A stretch of DNA of 64,000 bases. Source: Desulfovibrio sp. Lineage in GTDB: Bacteria > Bacillota > Dethiobacteria > DTU022. The translations under genes were made by a program, and so were the position numbers. Position 1 is the first letter of the stretch. Each line of letters starts with the position of its first letter. Shown in pieces: positions 8,951 to 18,428 of this stretch. The stretch lies in contig JAGUZX010000134.1 of the NCBI GenBank assembly GCA_020060545.1, positions 29,808 to 93,807 on the forward strand, given 5' to 3'. The notes below the pieces were generated by a model. It was given only the letters and a program-made list of their open reading frames with translations. It made no database searches and was not told where the DNA came from.

Positions 8951-10087
8951 TCACAAGTTAAAAAGCCCTCCGGCAATCAAAGCGCGCTGGGCAAAGCCGC
9001 CGCCTTCAAAGAGCTGCAGCGTTTTGGCGTCCCGCATATACTTCTCGACCGGGTACTCCCGGGAATACCCATAACCGCCTAAAACCTGGACGGCATCGGT
9101 CGCGATCCGCATCGCCGCCTCTGTAGCCACAAGCTTGGCCATCGCTGACTGGCCGGTGCAGGGAAAACCCTGGTCCAACAGCCAGGCCGCCTGGTAAACC
9201 AGAAGCTTTGCCGCTTCGATCCCCGCCGCCATTTCCGCCAGCATAAACTGAATCGCCTGGTTTGCGGCGATCGGCTTGCCAAACTGGACCCTCTCACGGG
9301 CGTATTTAACCGCTTCCGCCATGGCCGCCCGGGCCAGGCCCACGCCGGCAGCCCCGGCGAGCACACGGGCAAGGTCGGAGGCTTGCGCGGACAACGCCAT
9401 GCCGTCTCCTTCTTCACCGACACGGTCACCCGCGGGCACCCTGACATTTTTAAAAGAGATTTTTGCGGTATTGACTGCCCGGAGCCCCAGTTTTTTCTCG
9501 GTTTTCTCGATCGTCACCCCGGGAGAGCGGCAATCGACCGTAAAAGCGGAGACTTTTTTATTCTCTTCCCCGCCGCTTGCGGCGAATACAACCAGATAAT
9601 CGGCATAAGCGGCGTTGTTAATGAAAGCTTTTGCCCCGTTAAGAACGTAGTTATCACCATCGCGCCCGTAGCAGGCGGCCAGCGCCGCCAAGTTGGAACC
9701 GGCTTCGCGCTCCTTTAAGGCAAATGAAACCAGTTTTCCCTGGGTGCAAATTAAAGGCAAATATTTCTCTTTTTGGGGCCCGGTGCCGGCGCAAATAAGA
9801 GGATGCAGCGCAACGGCATGGCCAATCACGCTGGCTGCCACTCCGGCACAGCCGCAAGCCAGTTCCTCAATCACCGCGGCGGCGGTAAGGGTATCGATTC
9901 CCGCTCCCCCGTACGCCTCGGGGACGGTCAGGTTGGCGAGGCCCAAGGCGTTCAGTTTTTTAAAAATCTCGCCAGGAAAGCGTTCCGTTTCATCGATAGC
10001 AGCGGCAACAGGCGCAATCTCTTTTACCGTAAAATCGCGAACCATCTTTTTAATGGCCTCTTGTTCTTCGCTGAGCTTGAAATCCAT
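8951..10087 (-). CDS. Acyl-CoA dehydrogenase
   Basis: LNGAKAFI, KLGLRA, RVQFGKPI, QVLGGYGY, YMRDAK..QLFEG. Confidence 0.92.
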   Translation of the reverse strand: MDFKLSEEQEAIKKMVRDFTVKEIAPVAAAIDETERFPGEIFKKLNALGLANLTVPEAYGGAGIDTLTAAAVIEELACGCAGVAASVIGHAVALHPLICAGTGPQKEKYLPLICTQGKLVSFALKEREAGSNLAALAACYGRDGDNYVLNGAKAFINNAAYADYLVVFAASGGEENKKVSAFTVDCRSPGVTIEKTEKKLGLRAVNTAKISFKNVRVPAGDRVGEEGDGMALSAQASDLARVLAGAAGVGLARAAMAEAVKYARERVQFGKPIAANQAIQFMLAEMAAGIEAAKLLVYQAAWLLDQGFPCTGQSAMAKLVATEAAMRIATDAVQVLGGYGYSREYPVEKYMRDAKTLQLFEGGGFAQRALIAGGLFNL

Positions 10088-10192
10088 TATTCCTACCCCC
10101 GTTTATCAAATATCCGGTCTATGGGAGGGCTTGAGCGCTCTTCCGCCCGCAGCGATTAGGGGCCTGAGCAATCCGCGCCCGGCAAGGGCCGC

Positions 10193-11389
10193 TCAGATTA
10201 TTTTCGCTTCACGGAGCGCTGCCAGCTCTTCCCTGCTCAACCCCATGGCGCCGCAATAGGTTTCCTCATTGTGTTCCCCGAGGCGGGGCGGGAAGCTCAA
10301 GACTTTCCCCGTGCCTTTCAGGAAAGCGGTCATATGGGGAGGGGGGGCCAGCGTCAGTTCAATACCGCTGCGCTCATCCCTGGCCCGGAGGATGTTCTTT
10401 TGCACGGCCGTTTCAGCAAGGACCTCGGGAATCGTGTTGACCCTGGAAATGGCGACTTGCGCTTCATTAAAGAGTTCGATCAGCTCAGCGGTCGTAAAAG
10501 TGAGGGTAATTTCGCTTATGGCCCGGTTAAGGTTGTTGACATCGGCGATGCGCCCGGCATTGCGTTGATACTCTTCTTTGGCCAGCACACTAAATGCGGG
10601 TATGGCGGTCACCGACTCCCACTGCCGGTCATTGCCTACGGCGATGTAGACAAAGCCGTCCCGGGTCCGGTAAACGGAAACCGGGGCAAAAAATTCATGG
10701 GTATTCCCGCGGCGGGTAATCCGGTTGCCGAAGCTCTTCGCCAGGCAGAGCGGGACTGTCAGCCAAGAAACTGTGCTCTCAAACATCGCCACATCAATCC
10801 TGCTGCCCTCTCCGGAAATTGCTCTCTTCAGAAGGGCTTTCATGATCAGGCCGTAAGCGTGCTCGCTCGTGCCCATATCGGGAAGGGGAATCCCGGTGAC
10901 AACGGGGCTTCCTTCTTTTTCACCGGTTAGCTCCATCAAGCCGCCCCTTGCCTGCAGAATCGGATCGTAAGCAGCCTCGTTGGATTCAGGGCCGAAACCG
11001 GTAATCCCCACCCAGATCAGGTCTTTTTTTACGGCGGCCAGCCGCTGGTAATCTATCCCCAGTTTGAGATAATTTTTAGGAAGCTGGTTGGTGATGAAAA
11101 CGTTCACTTTCAGCCTGGCGACAATCTCCAGTAAAAGCTGCCGGCCTTTTTCTTCGGCGAGGTTGAGGGTAATCGCCTTCTTTCCGGCATTAATCGCCAA
11201 AAAATAAGTGTTCATACCGTCCTCGTTTAACCTCTTCTCCCCGACATAACGGTTGGGGTCCGGCATGGCGGGGTTTTCAATCCGGATCACCTTCATCCCG
11301 TCCTGGGCCAGGCGGTAGGTCAGATAAGGAGCCACGGTGGCCTGTTCCAGGGCAATAACCGTGATATGCTTAAATAGATCTTCTTCCAT
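10193..11389 (-). CDS. Class III (CaiB/BaiF) CoA-transferase
   Basis: NAGKKAITLNL, ITGFG, AYDPILQARGG, GIPLPD (catalytic Asp position), PPRLGEHN. Start trimmed to MEEDL behind AGAGG. Confidence 0.92.
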   Translation of the reverse strand: MEEDLFKHITVIALEQATVAPYLTYRLAQDGMKVIRIENPAMPDPNRYVGEKRLNEDGMNTYFLAINAGKKAITLNLAEEKGRQLLLEIVARLKVNVFITNQLPKNYLKLGIDYQRLAAVKKDLIWVGITGFGPESNEAAYDPILQARGGLMELTGEKEGSPVVTGIPLPDMGTSEHAYGLIMKALLKRAISGEGSRIDVAMFESTVSWLTVPLCLAKSFGNRITRRGNTHEFFAPVSVYRTRDGFVYIAVGNDRQWESVTAIPAFSVLAKEEYQRNAGRIADVNNLNRAISEITLTFTTAELIELFNEAQVAISRVNTIPEVLAETAVQKNILRARDERSGIELTLAPPPHMTAFLKGTGKVLSFPPRLGEHNEETYCGAMGLSREELAALREAKII

Positions 11390-11592
11390 GGTTATCCCAT
11401 CCTCTATTAAGTATCGGCTCGTCCCGCTCTGTTGCCGCAAGCATCCGCTTGAATGTTTAAACTTGAAGCCCGCAGCACAGCGGGTGTTGGCGCCCTATAA
11501 TTCTGCTATTCTTTTAAATATTCGACCTTGTTTGAATCATTCCTGCATGATCAAACCATTACAATTCCGGTAATCAAGAATAGTTCCGGCCA

Positions 11593-12369
11593 TCATTTCC
11601 CCTTCCACGCCGGTTTTCTCTTTTCCAAAAAAGCGCTGATTCCCTCCCTGAAGTCCTCGCTTTCAAAGCAGCTCCTCTCGATGAGATCGATCGCGGCGCT
11701 GCTTGGGCAGCGGTGATCCGCAGAGCATTGGTTAACCGCCTTTTTCATTCCTTTCACCGCCAGCGGGGCGTTGCCGGCGATGAGCCGCGCCACTTTCAAG
11801 GTCGCCGTTTCGAGTTCCGCTGCGGGAACAACCTGGTTTGCCAGGCCGATGGCGTACGCCCTCGACGCCGGCATCGGCTCCCCGACCAGGAGCATTTCTT
11901 TGGCCGCCGCTATCCCCACCAGGTTCACAAGCCTCTGAATAAGATTATAATTCAGGGAGATGCCGAGTTTTGCGGCGGGGATGCCAAATCTCGCTTCCTC
12001 AGCACAGATTCTCAAATCGCAACTAATGGCCAGCTCGCAACCCGCGCCCATGGCCCACCCGTTAATCATGCCGATGACAGGTTGGGGGCACCCGGTGATG
12101 CTCTCGATGGCCCTTTCCACATTGCTCAGGTACTCGCGGTGCCTTTCTTTACCGGCCAGTTCTTGCAGCTGGGTTATATCCGCCCCGGAGGCAAAAGAGT
12201 TGCCCGCCCCGGTAATGATCACAACAGCGGTCTGCTCGTCAGCGGCCAGCGAAAACATCATTCCTGCAAGCTGGACCCACATAACGGCGTTAAAAGCGTT
12301 GCGTTGTTCGGCACGGTTGATCAGGATTTTGGCAATACCGTCTTTTTTGCTGATCTGAAAATAACTCAA
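11593..12369 (-). CDS. Enoyl-CoA hydratase/isomerase (crotonase) family protein
   Basis: FASGADI, GWAMGAGCELAISCDLR, SEDFREGISAFLEKRKP. Start uncertain (TTG 12369 or GTG 12378). Confidence 0.9.
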   Translation of the reverse strand: MSYFQISKKDGIAKILINRAEQRNAFNAVMWVQLAGMMFSLAADEQTAVVIITGAGNSFASGADITQLQELAGKERHREYLSNVERAIESITGCPQPVIGMINGWAMGAGCELAISCDLRICAEEARFGIPAAKLGISLNYNLIQRLVNLVGIAAAKEMLLVGEPMPASRAYAIGLANQVVPAAELETATLKVARLIAGNAPLAVKGMKKAVNQCSADHRCPSSAAIDLIERSCFESEDFREGISAFLEKRKPAWKGK

Positions 12370-12559
12370 GCCGCTCACTCCTCCATAAATGGCCAAGGTT
12401 AGTTCTTTCACCTGGATTTTACTTAATCGGGCTGATTCGGTCAACTTCGAGGCATAATCTACCGGCTGCGGCAGCATGCCCTCTCCATGGTGACATTTTC
12501 TCAGACCGCTTACAGGGTGACAATATCACAGTCCGATTACACCCGCGGGTAAGGTTTCA

Positions 12560-12588
12560 TTGACTTTGCCTTAACGCGGATTTATAAT
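12560..12588 (+). promoter_or_regulatory. sigmaA/sigma70-type promoter for the carboxyltransferase gene
   Basis: TTGACT-N17-TATAAT. Confidence 0.75.
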
Positions 12589-12747
12589 AAACACAACCTT
12601 GTTCGAGGAAAGGTTGCCGGGAAACATACGGGAAATCCATCTTTTTTGAACACATAGCCCGCTTCGAATAATCAGACACTTCCTGCTCCGATCATTATAC
12701 TCCGGCGGGTTCATCAGAACAGGACTGAAAGATGGAGTGATGAAAGA

Positions 12748-14307
12748 ATGCCAAAAAAAACCTACCAGACTGAAATTGAAAGGCTGCGGGCCTTGCAGGA
12801 AAAAGCAAGGCTGGGAGGTGGGGAAAAGGCCGTCGCGAAGCAGCACAGCCAGGGCAAACTCACCGCCCGGGAAAGAATCGACGTCCTCCTGGATCCGGGC
12901 AGTTTTGTCGAGTTTAATACCCTGGCCGAACACCAGTGTTACGATTTCGATATGCAGGAAAAGAAGTTTCCGGGCGACGGGGTGGTGACGGGTTACGGGA
13001 CCATAGACGGCAGGCTTGTTTTTGTCTTCTCCGAAGATGTAACCGTTCTCGGCGGATCGGTCGGCGCAACCCACGGCGCAAAGATCTGTTATACCATGGA
13101 CAAGGCGATTACCGTGGGCGCTCCTTTAATCGGTCTCTATGAATCCGGCGGCGGGAGGATCCATGAAGGTTTCACCGCTTCCCGCAATGTTGCCGGCATG
13201 TTTCACCGCAACACCAGAGCCTCCGGCGTGATCCCGCAAATCTCGGCGATCATGGGCACCTGCGCCGGGGTGGCCGTCTATTCGCCGGCCATCACCGACT
13301 TTATTTTCATGGTCGAAGGCACCAGCCAGATGTTTATAACCGGTCCCGGTGTGATCAGGGCGGTGATGGGTGAACAGGTTGATCCGGAAAGCCTCGGCGG
13401 CGCCAAAATACACTCCGAATTAAGCGGCAACGCCCATTTTGTTTACCCGAATGACCGGGAGTGCCTCCAGGGCATCAGGAGGCTTTTGAGCTTCCTCCCC
13501 CTCAACAACACGGAGGATCCCCCGTTCGTTGAGACGGGCGATGACCCCAACCGGACCACTGACGACCTGATGGAAATTGTCCCCGACGATTTTCGTTTCC
13601 CTTACGATGTCAAGGCTGTAATTACCCGCATCGTTGATAATGGCGATTTTATGGAAATTCTCCCTAAGTTTGGCAAAACTCTGGTGATCGGCTTGGCCAG
13701 GCTTAACGGCAACACGGTAGGCATTGTCGCCAACCAGCCCCTGGTCATGGCCGGCTGCCTCGATGTTGACTCTTCCGATAAAGGCGCACGGTTCATCCGT
13801 TTCTGCGACGCCTTTAACATCCCCCTGGTTAACCTGGTCGATGTACCGGGGTTCCTGCCCGGGACCAGGCAAGAGTATAGCGGAATCATCCGGCACGGCG
13901 CTAAAATGCTTTATGCTTATTCCGAAGCAACCGTACCCAAGATCACCCTAAACTTAAGGAAAAATTACGGCGGGGCGGTCATGGCCATGTGCTGCAAGGG
14001 CACGGAAGTCGACCAGATGTTCGCCTGGCCGATCGCCCAGCCGGTAGTCCTGGACACGGCGGCTGCCGTGGAGATCATTTTCAGGAAAGAAATTGCGGGA
14101 GCGGCTGACCCGGCGGCGGAAAAAGAAAGGAGGATCAGGGAGTACGACTACTCTTACTCCAACCCCTTTAATCCGGCCGGCAAAATGCTGCTTGACGATG
14201 TGATCGAACCCCGTGAGACCAGAGCCCGGTTGATCTCCGCCTTGAGAATGATGAAAACCAAGCGGGAGGAAAAGCCCTGGCGGAAACACGGCAACATCCC
14301 GCTTTGA
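12748..14307 (+). CDS. Acyl-CoA carboxyltransferase/decarboxylase subunit (PccB/MmdA family)
   Basis: GKLTARERI, PGDGVVTGYG, SGGGRIHEG, KGARFIRFCDAFNIP, DVPGFLPG..QE..GIIRHGAK, KHGNIPL. Confidence 0.92.
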   Translation: MPKKTYQTEIERLRALQEKARLGGGEKAVAKQHSQGKLTARERIDVLLDPGSFVEFNTLAEHQCYDFDMQEKKFPGDGVVTGYGTIDGRLVFVFSEDVTVLGGSVGATHGAKICYTMDKAITVGAPLIGLYESGGGRIHEGFTASRNVAGMFHRNTRASGVIPQISAIMGTCAGVAVYSPAITDFIFMVEGTSQMFITGPGVIRAVMGEQVDPESLGGAKIHSELSGNAHFVYPNDRECLQGIRRLLSFLPLNNTEDPPFVETGDDPNRTTDDLMEIVPDDFRFPYDVKAVITRIVDNGDFMEILPKFGKTLVIGLARLNGNTVGIVANQPLVMAGCLDVDSSDKGARFIRFCDAFNIPLVNLVDVPGFLPGTRQEYSGIIRHGAKMLYAYSEATVPKITLNLRKNYGGAVMAMCCKGTEVDQMFAWPIAQPVVLDTAAAVEIIFRKEIAGAADPAAEKERRIREYDYSYSNPFNPAGKMLLDDVIEPRETRARLISALRMMKTKREEKPWRKHGNIPL

Positions 14308-14316
14308 TCGTTTTCG

Positions 14317-14961
14317 TTATTTGGGGTGAGGGTTGGCCTTGGCGGCATACTTGATAATTTCCCAGTACATCTTTCCCCTGGCCGCGATACCTTTCCAAAA
14401 ACCCAATTTTTCTTCCTTCATCACATGGGAAAGATCGGCCAGGTTTACAATCTTGACCGGAATATTCATTTCTTCAACATAGCGATGCAGCGCCACCTCC
14501 ATCCCGAAACGGGAGAGGTCAAGGTCTGAAATAGATTCCAGGAGTTCCCTGCGTAGCGCTCTCTGCCCTGAAAGAAACGGCGTTATTTTCTGGGCGATAT
14601 CGGTGGCCACCCTGCCCTTTTCAAACAGCCCCACGGTCATGGGACACCGCTCGTTGATTACCGGATCCAGTAGATCGGTCACATGCTTCTCGGTCAGGCC
14701 GATTAAATCGGCATCCAGGAAAAGCAAGATTTCGGCGCGGGCATGATCCAGCCCGGCCTTGATCGCCCCACCCTTGCCACGGTTTTCCAGCAGTTCGATT
14801 ACCTCCACACCGTCATACTGCAGGGCCACCTGCACCGTGCTGTCACTCGAACCGTCGCTGACAACGATAATCTGATTCACTACCGGGCACCGTTTTAAAA
14901 CGCAGAGGACCTCACCGATAGTTCTTGCTTCGTTGAAAGCCGGTATGATGGCAGCGATCAT
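14317..14961 (-). CDS. Glycosyltransferase family 2 protein
   Basis: IIPAFNE, VVSDGSSD, NRGKGGA, FLDAD, LSGQRA. Confidence 0.88.
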   Translation of the reverse strand: MIAAIIPAFNEARTIGEVLCVLKRCPVVNQIIVVSDGSSDSTVQVALQYDGVEVIELLENRGKGGAIKAGLDHARAEILLFLDADLIGLTEKHVTDLLDPVINERCPMTVGLFEKGRVATDIAQKITPFLSGQRALRRELLESISDLDLSRFGMEVALHRYVEEMNIPVKIVNLADLSHVMKEEKLGFWKGIAARGKMYWEIIKYAAKANPHPK

Positions 14962-15005
14962 GGCCCTCTCCTCCAATATTAAATATTGTGCGTAAACATC
15001 GCCTG

Positions 15006-16064
15006 TTATTCCTGAAAAAGGCGGCGCAGCTCTTCCTGAAAAGCATGCAAAATCCGGTCAGAGCGGACAGTGCGGACGACTTCTCCTTTCCGGAAGATGA
15101 TGCCGTGAGCCCGCCCGGCGGAAATGCCAAGATCAGCTTCCCTGGCTTCCCCCGGCCCGTTGACCGCACAGCCCATGACCGCAATTTTAACCGGCCTGCG
15201 GTACCCTGCAATCATCTCCGCTACCTTGTTTACCAGCGGGATCAGGTCGATCTCACAGCGGCCGCATGTGGGACAGGAAATCAGTTCGGGGCCAAATTCG
15301 CGCAAACGCAGCACCTGCAGAATCTGGCGCGCCACACGCACTTCTTCGACGGGATCGGCGCTCAAAGAAACCCGCACGGTGTCCCCGATCCCCTCCGCCA
15401 GCAAAGTGCCGATCCCCACGGCCCCTTTAATCGTCCCGCTCTCCAGAGGGCCGGCTTCGGTAACCCCGACATGCAAAGGATAAGGGATCAGGTTGGCGAT
15501 CATCCGGTATGCTTCAATCGTCGTCACCACATCCGACGCCTTTAAAGAAACGACGACATCGCTGAATCCGGCCTTTTCCAGCGTCTCCAGATAGCCCATG
15601 GCCGATTCCACCAGGGCCGGGGCGGTAGCCCCGCCGTACTTCTTCAGCAGGGATTTTTCCAGTGAACCGGCGTTGACTCCGATGCGGAGCGCCGCTCCCG
15701 CCCCGGCGGCCCGGCGGGCCAGTTCAACCAGTTTTTCTCTCCCTCCGATATTCCCGGGGTTAATCCTGATCTTCGCCGCTCCCCGCTCCAGGGAGAGGTA
15801 GGCCAGGCGGATGTCAAAATGGATATCGGCGATCAGGGGCACACCGCTTTCCGCGGCCAGAAAAGCCAGTGCCGCAGCCGATTCTTCATCCGGCACGGCC
15901 ACCCTGACCAGCTCGCAGCCGGCTTCCACCAGCCGCCGGATCTGGGACAATGTTCCTGCCGCATCTGCGGTTTTGGTATTGGTCATTGATTGGATCGTTA
16001 CCGGCGCCTCGCCGCCGATCACCACATGCCCCACTTTAACCGCCAGGGAACGCCTCCGCTGCAT
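15006..16064 (-). CDS. ispG: 4-hydroxy-3-methylbut-2-en-1-yl diphosphate synthase
   Basis: IQSMTNT, IADIHF, RINPGNIG, HVGVTEAG, ISCPTCGRC, AVMGCAVNGPGEA. Confidence 0.96.
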   Translation of the reverse strand: MQRRRSLAVKVGHVVIGGEAPVTIQSMTNTKTADAAGTLSQIRRLVEAGCELVRVAVPDEESAAALAFLAAESGVPLIADIHFDIRLAYLSLERGAAKIRINPGNIGGREKLVELARRAAGAGAALRIGVNAGSLEKSLLKKYGGATAPALVESAMGYLETLEKAGFSDVVVSLKASDVVTTIEAYRMIANLIPYPLHVGVTEAGPLESGTIKGAVGIGTLLAEGIGDTVRVSLSADPVEEVRVARQILQVLRLREFGPELISCPTCGRCEIDLIPLVNKVAEMIAGYRRPVKIAVMGCAVNGPGEAREADLGISAGRAHGIIFRKGEVVRTVRSDRILHAFQEELRRLFQE

Positions 16065-16102
16065 AAATTCACATCCCATCTCGATCCTGAGAATTAAATC
16101 CC

Positions 16103-16142
16103 TCCTGCCCCCCCCTTTAAATAAGGAAGGGGGTGACTTCCC
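16103..16142. repeat. Palindromic intergenic repeat (CCCCCCTTT...AAGGGGG type)
   Basis: cctgcccccccctttaaataaggaagggggtgacttcc. Confidence 0.45.
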
Positions 16143-16206
16143 GTCACATAAGAGCTCGGGTCGCATTTAAGCATTCAATTTTTGATCAACGCCAATCGGT
16201 ATGGAA

Positions 16207-16241
16207 TCTCACTTTCAACATCTCACTTCTCACTTCTCACA
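16207..16241. repeat. Heptamer tandem run (CTCACTT) directly after the rseP stop
   Basis: tctcactttcaacatctcacttctcacttctcaca. Confidence 0.7.
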
Positions 16242-17255
16242 TTACCGGCGGAGGATATCCCAGCGAATCAGGTCGTTGTAGGTTACCAGAAGGATCAGCA
16301 GGATCAACAGAGCAAAGCCGATAAAGTGGATGAACCCTTCTTTCTCCGGATCCACCGGACGGCCCCGGAGCCCTTCGATCGCCAGAAAAAGAAGCCTCCC
16401 CCCATCCAGGGCTGGAACCGGCAGCAGGTTGATCAAACCCAGGCTGATGCTGATCAAAGCCGTCAGCGAGAGCAGGTTTACAAATCCCGTCTGGGCCACT
16501 TCCCCCACGACAATAATGATCCCGACGGGTCCCGCGACATCCAGGGGAGCCCGGCCGGTAACAACCTGGTAGACCGAAAAAAGCACCATCCTGAATTGCC
16601 TCATACTCGATTGCAGAGATGCCGCAAACTTGTATTTCTGGACCATGGCGGTAATCCCGATCATTCCCCGCCCGGTTTCCGGAGACCTTGCGACAACAAT
16701 ATTGAACTGCTTGATCTCCCCGTTTCTTTTAACGGTCAGGCTGATCTCTTCACCGGGGCGCCCGGAGATTGCGCCCACCACCTCCGTCCACCGGGTTACG
16801 CTTTCACCGTTAATCGCGGTAATCTCGTCGCCCGCCTGCAGGCCTGCCGCCTCCGCCGGCGTTCCGGAGAGCACCGACCCCAGCCGGGAATCATCCTGCA
16901 CAACCCCCACCATGAAGAAGAAAATAACGAAAAACACAATCAAGGCGAGAATGAGGTTCATCCCCGCTCCCGCAGCCAACACGGCGGCTCTTTGCAAAAT
17001 CGGCTTTCGGGTGAAGCTGTCAGGCTGGTCTACTTCTTCGTGGCTTTCGCCGAGCATCCGGCAGAAGCCGCCCAGTGGAAACAGGCGCAGGGAATAATTG
17101 ATTTCATTTTTCCGCCACCCGATTATTTTTGGGCCGAAGCCGATCGCCAGCTCCAGGACCTTAATCCCGCTTAAGCGCGCCGCAAGGTAATGACCTAATT
17201 CATGGGCCAGAATTAAAAAGCCGAAAACAAAAATTGAGGCGATGAACGTCTGCAT
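16242..17255 (-). CDS. rseP: RIP metalloprotease RseP
   Basis: HELGH, PLGGF, PDZ domain, NLLPVPALDGG; position between dxr and ispG. Confidence 0.95.
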   Translation of the reverse strand: MQTFIASIFVFGFLILAHELGHYLAARLSGIKVLELAIGFGPKIIGWRKNEINYSLRLFPLGGFCRMLGESHEEVDQPDSFTRKPILQRAAVLAAGAGMNLILALIVFFVIFFFMVGVVQDDSRLGSVLSGTPAEAAGLQAGDEITAINGESVTRWTEVVGAISGRPGEEISLTVKRNGEIKQFNIVVARSPETGRGMIGITAMVQKYKFAASLQSSMRQFRMVLFSVYQVVTGRAPLDVAGPVGIIIVVGEVAQTGFVNLLSLTALISISLGLINLLPVPALDGGRLLFLAIEGLRGRPVDPEKEGFIHFIGFALLILLILLVTYNDLIRWDILRR

Positions 17256-17273
17256 TAGCCTGCATCTCCCGTC

Positions 17274-18428
17274 TTACTGATCATTAATCAAGCAGAACGC
17301 TTTTGCGCGGGCCCACCGGTCGGCTTCCAGTATATCCGCCAGTTCCGGCTGATTGACTGCCTTATGTTCCGCCATAACCGCGCCGACAACCCTGGGGATA
17401 CCGGTAAAAGAAAGGTTGCCTTTTAAAAACTGCTCCACCGCAACCTCGTTGGCCGCATTCAAACAGGCCGGCATCGTTCCACCGATCTCCCCGGCCTGGT
17501 AGGCATAATCCAGGCAGGGAAAGCGTTCCCTGTCGGGTTCGCCGAAACTCCAGCATTGCCCGTATAAATCGAACCCTGGAAGCACGCTTTCCCGGCGCTC
17601 AGGATAAGTCAAGGCATATTGGATCGGCAGGCGCATATCCGGCGGGCTTATTTGCGCGATCATGGCGCCGTCAATAAATTCAACCATTGAATGAACGGCG
17701 CTCTGGGGATGCACGACCACTCTTATTTGATCCAGGTTTAAGCCGAACAGCCATCGTGCTTCCAGCGCCTCGAACCCTTTGTTCATCATGGTTGCGGAAT
17801 CAACGGTTATTTTAGCCCCCATCCGCCAGTTCGGATGGGCCAGGGCCTGTTCCGGAGTAACCCCGGGCAGCTTTGCCGCCTCCCAGTCCCTGAAGGGACC
17901 TCCCGAAGCGGTAAGCCAGATCCGGCGGACTTGGCTTACTGGCGCTGCACCAATACACTGCCAGATGGCCGAATGTTCGCTGTCTACAGGGTAGATCCGC
18001 TCACGGTCCAGCAGCCCCTGCCTTTGCAGCAGCTCACCGCCCACCACCAGCGCCTCTTTATTGGCCAGGGCGACAGTTTTGCCGCACTGAAGCGCTTTAA
18101 GGACCGGAATAAAACCGCTAAAGCCTACCAGGGCCGCCACGACGATATCAACAGCGGGGTGGCAGGCGGCTGATACCTGTCCTGGCAAGCCGGCTTCAAC
18201 ACGGCAGGCCACTCCTTGCAGTGAACGCGCCAGGGCGTCCGCGGCGGTTAAATCGCTTAAAACCGCCAGCTCAGGCGCGTAGCGCCGGACTTGATCAGCC
18301 AACAGGCCGGCGTTGCCGCCTGCCGTCAGGGCTACAACCCGGTAACCGGCACCGAGGTTGTCAATTACCTGCAGGGTTTGCCGCCCGATCGAACCGGTTG
18401 ATCCCAGGATTGCGATCTTCTTCTCCAC
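17274..18428 (-). CDS. dxr: 1-deoxy-D-xylulose 5-phosphate reductoisomerase
   Basis: ILGSTGSIG, LANKE, PVDSEH, TASGGPF, HPNWRMGAKITVDSATMMNKG. Start trimmed to GTG 18428. Confidence 0.96.
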   Translation of the reverse strand: MEKKIAILGSTGSIGRQTLQVIDNLGAGYRVVALTAGGNAGLLADQVRRYAPELAVLSDLTAADALARSLQGVACRVEAGLPGQVSAACHPAVDIVVAALVGFSGFIPVLKALQCGKTVALANKEALVVGGELLQRQGLLDRERIYPVDSEHSAIWQCIGAAPVSQVRRIWLTASGGPFRDWEAAKLPGVTPEQALAHPNWRMGAKITVDSATMMNKGFEALEARWLFGLNLDQIRVVVHPQSAVHSMVEFIDGAMIAQISPPDMRLPIQYALTYPERRESVLPGFDLYGQCWSFGEPDRERFPCLDYAYQAGEIGGTMPACLNAANEVAVEQFLKGNLSFTGIPRVVGAVMAEHKAVNQPELADILEADRWARAKAFCLINDQ

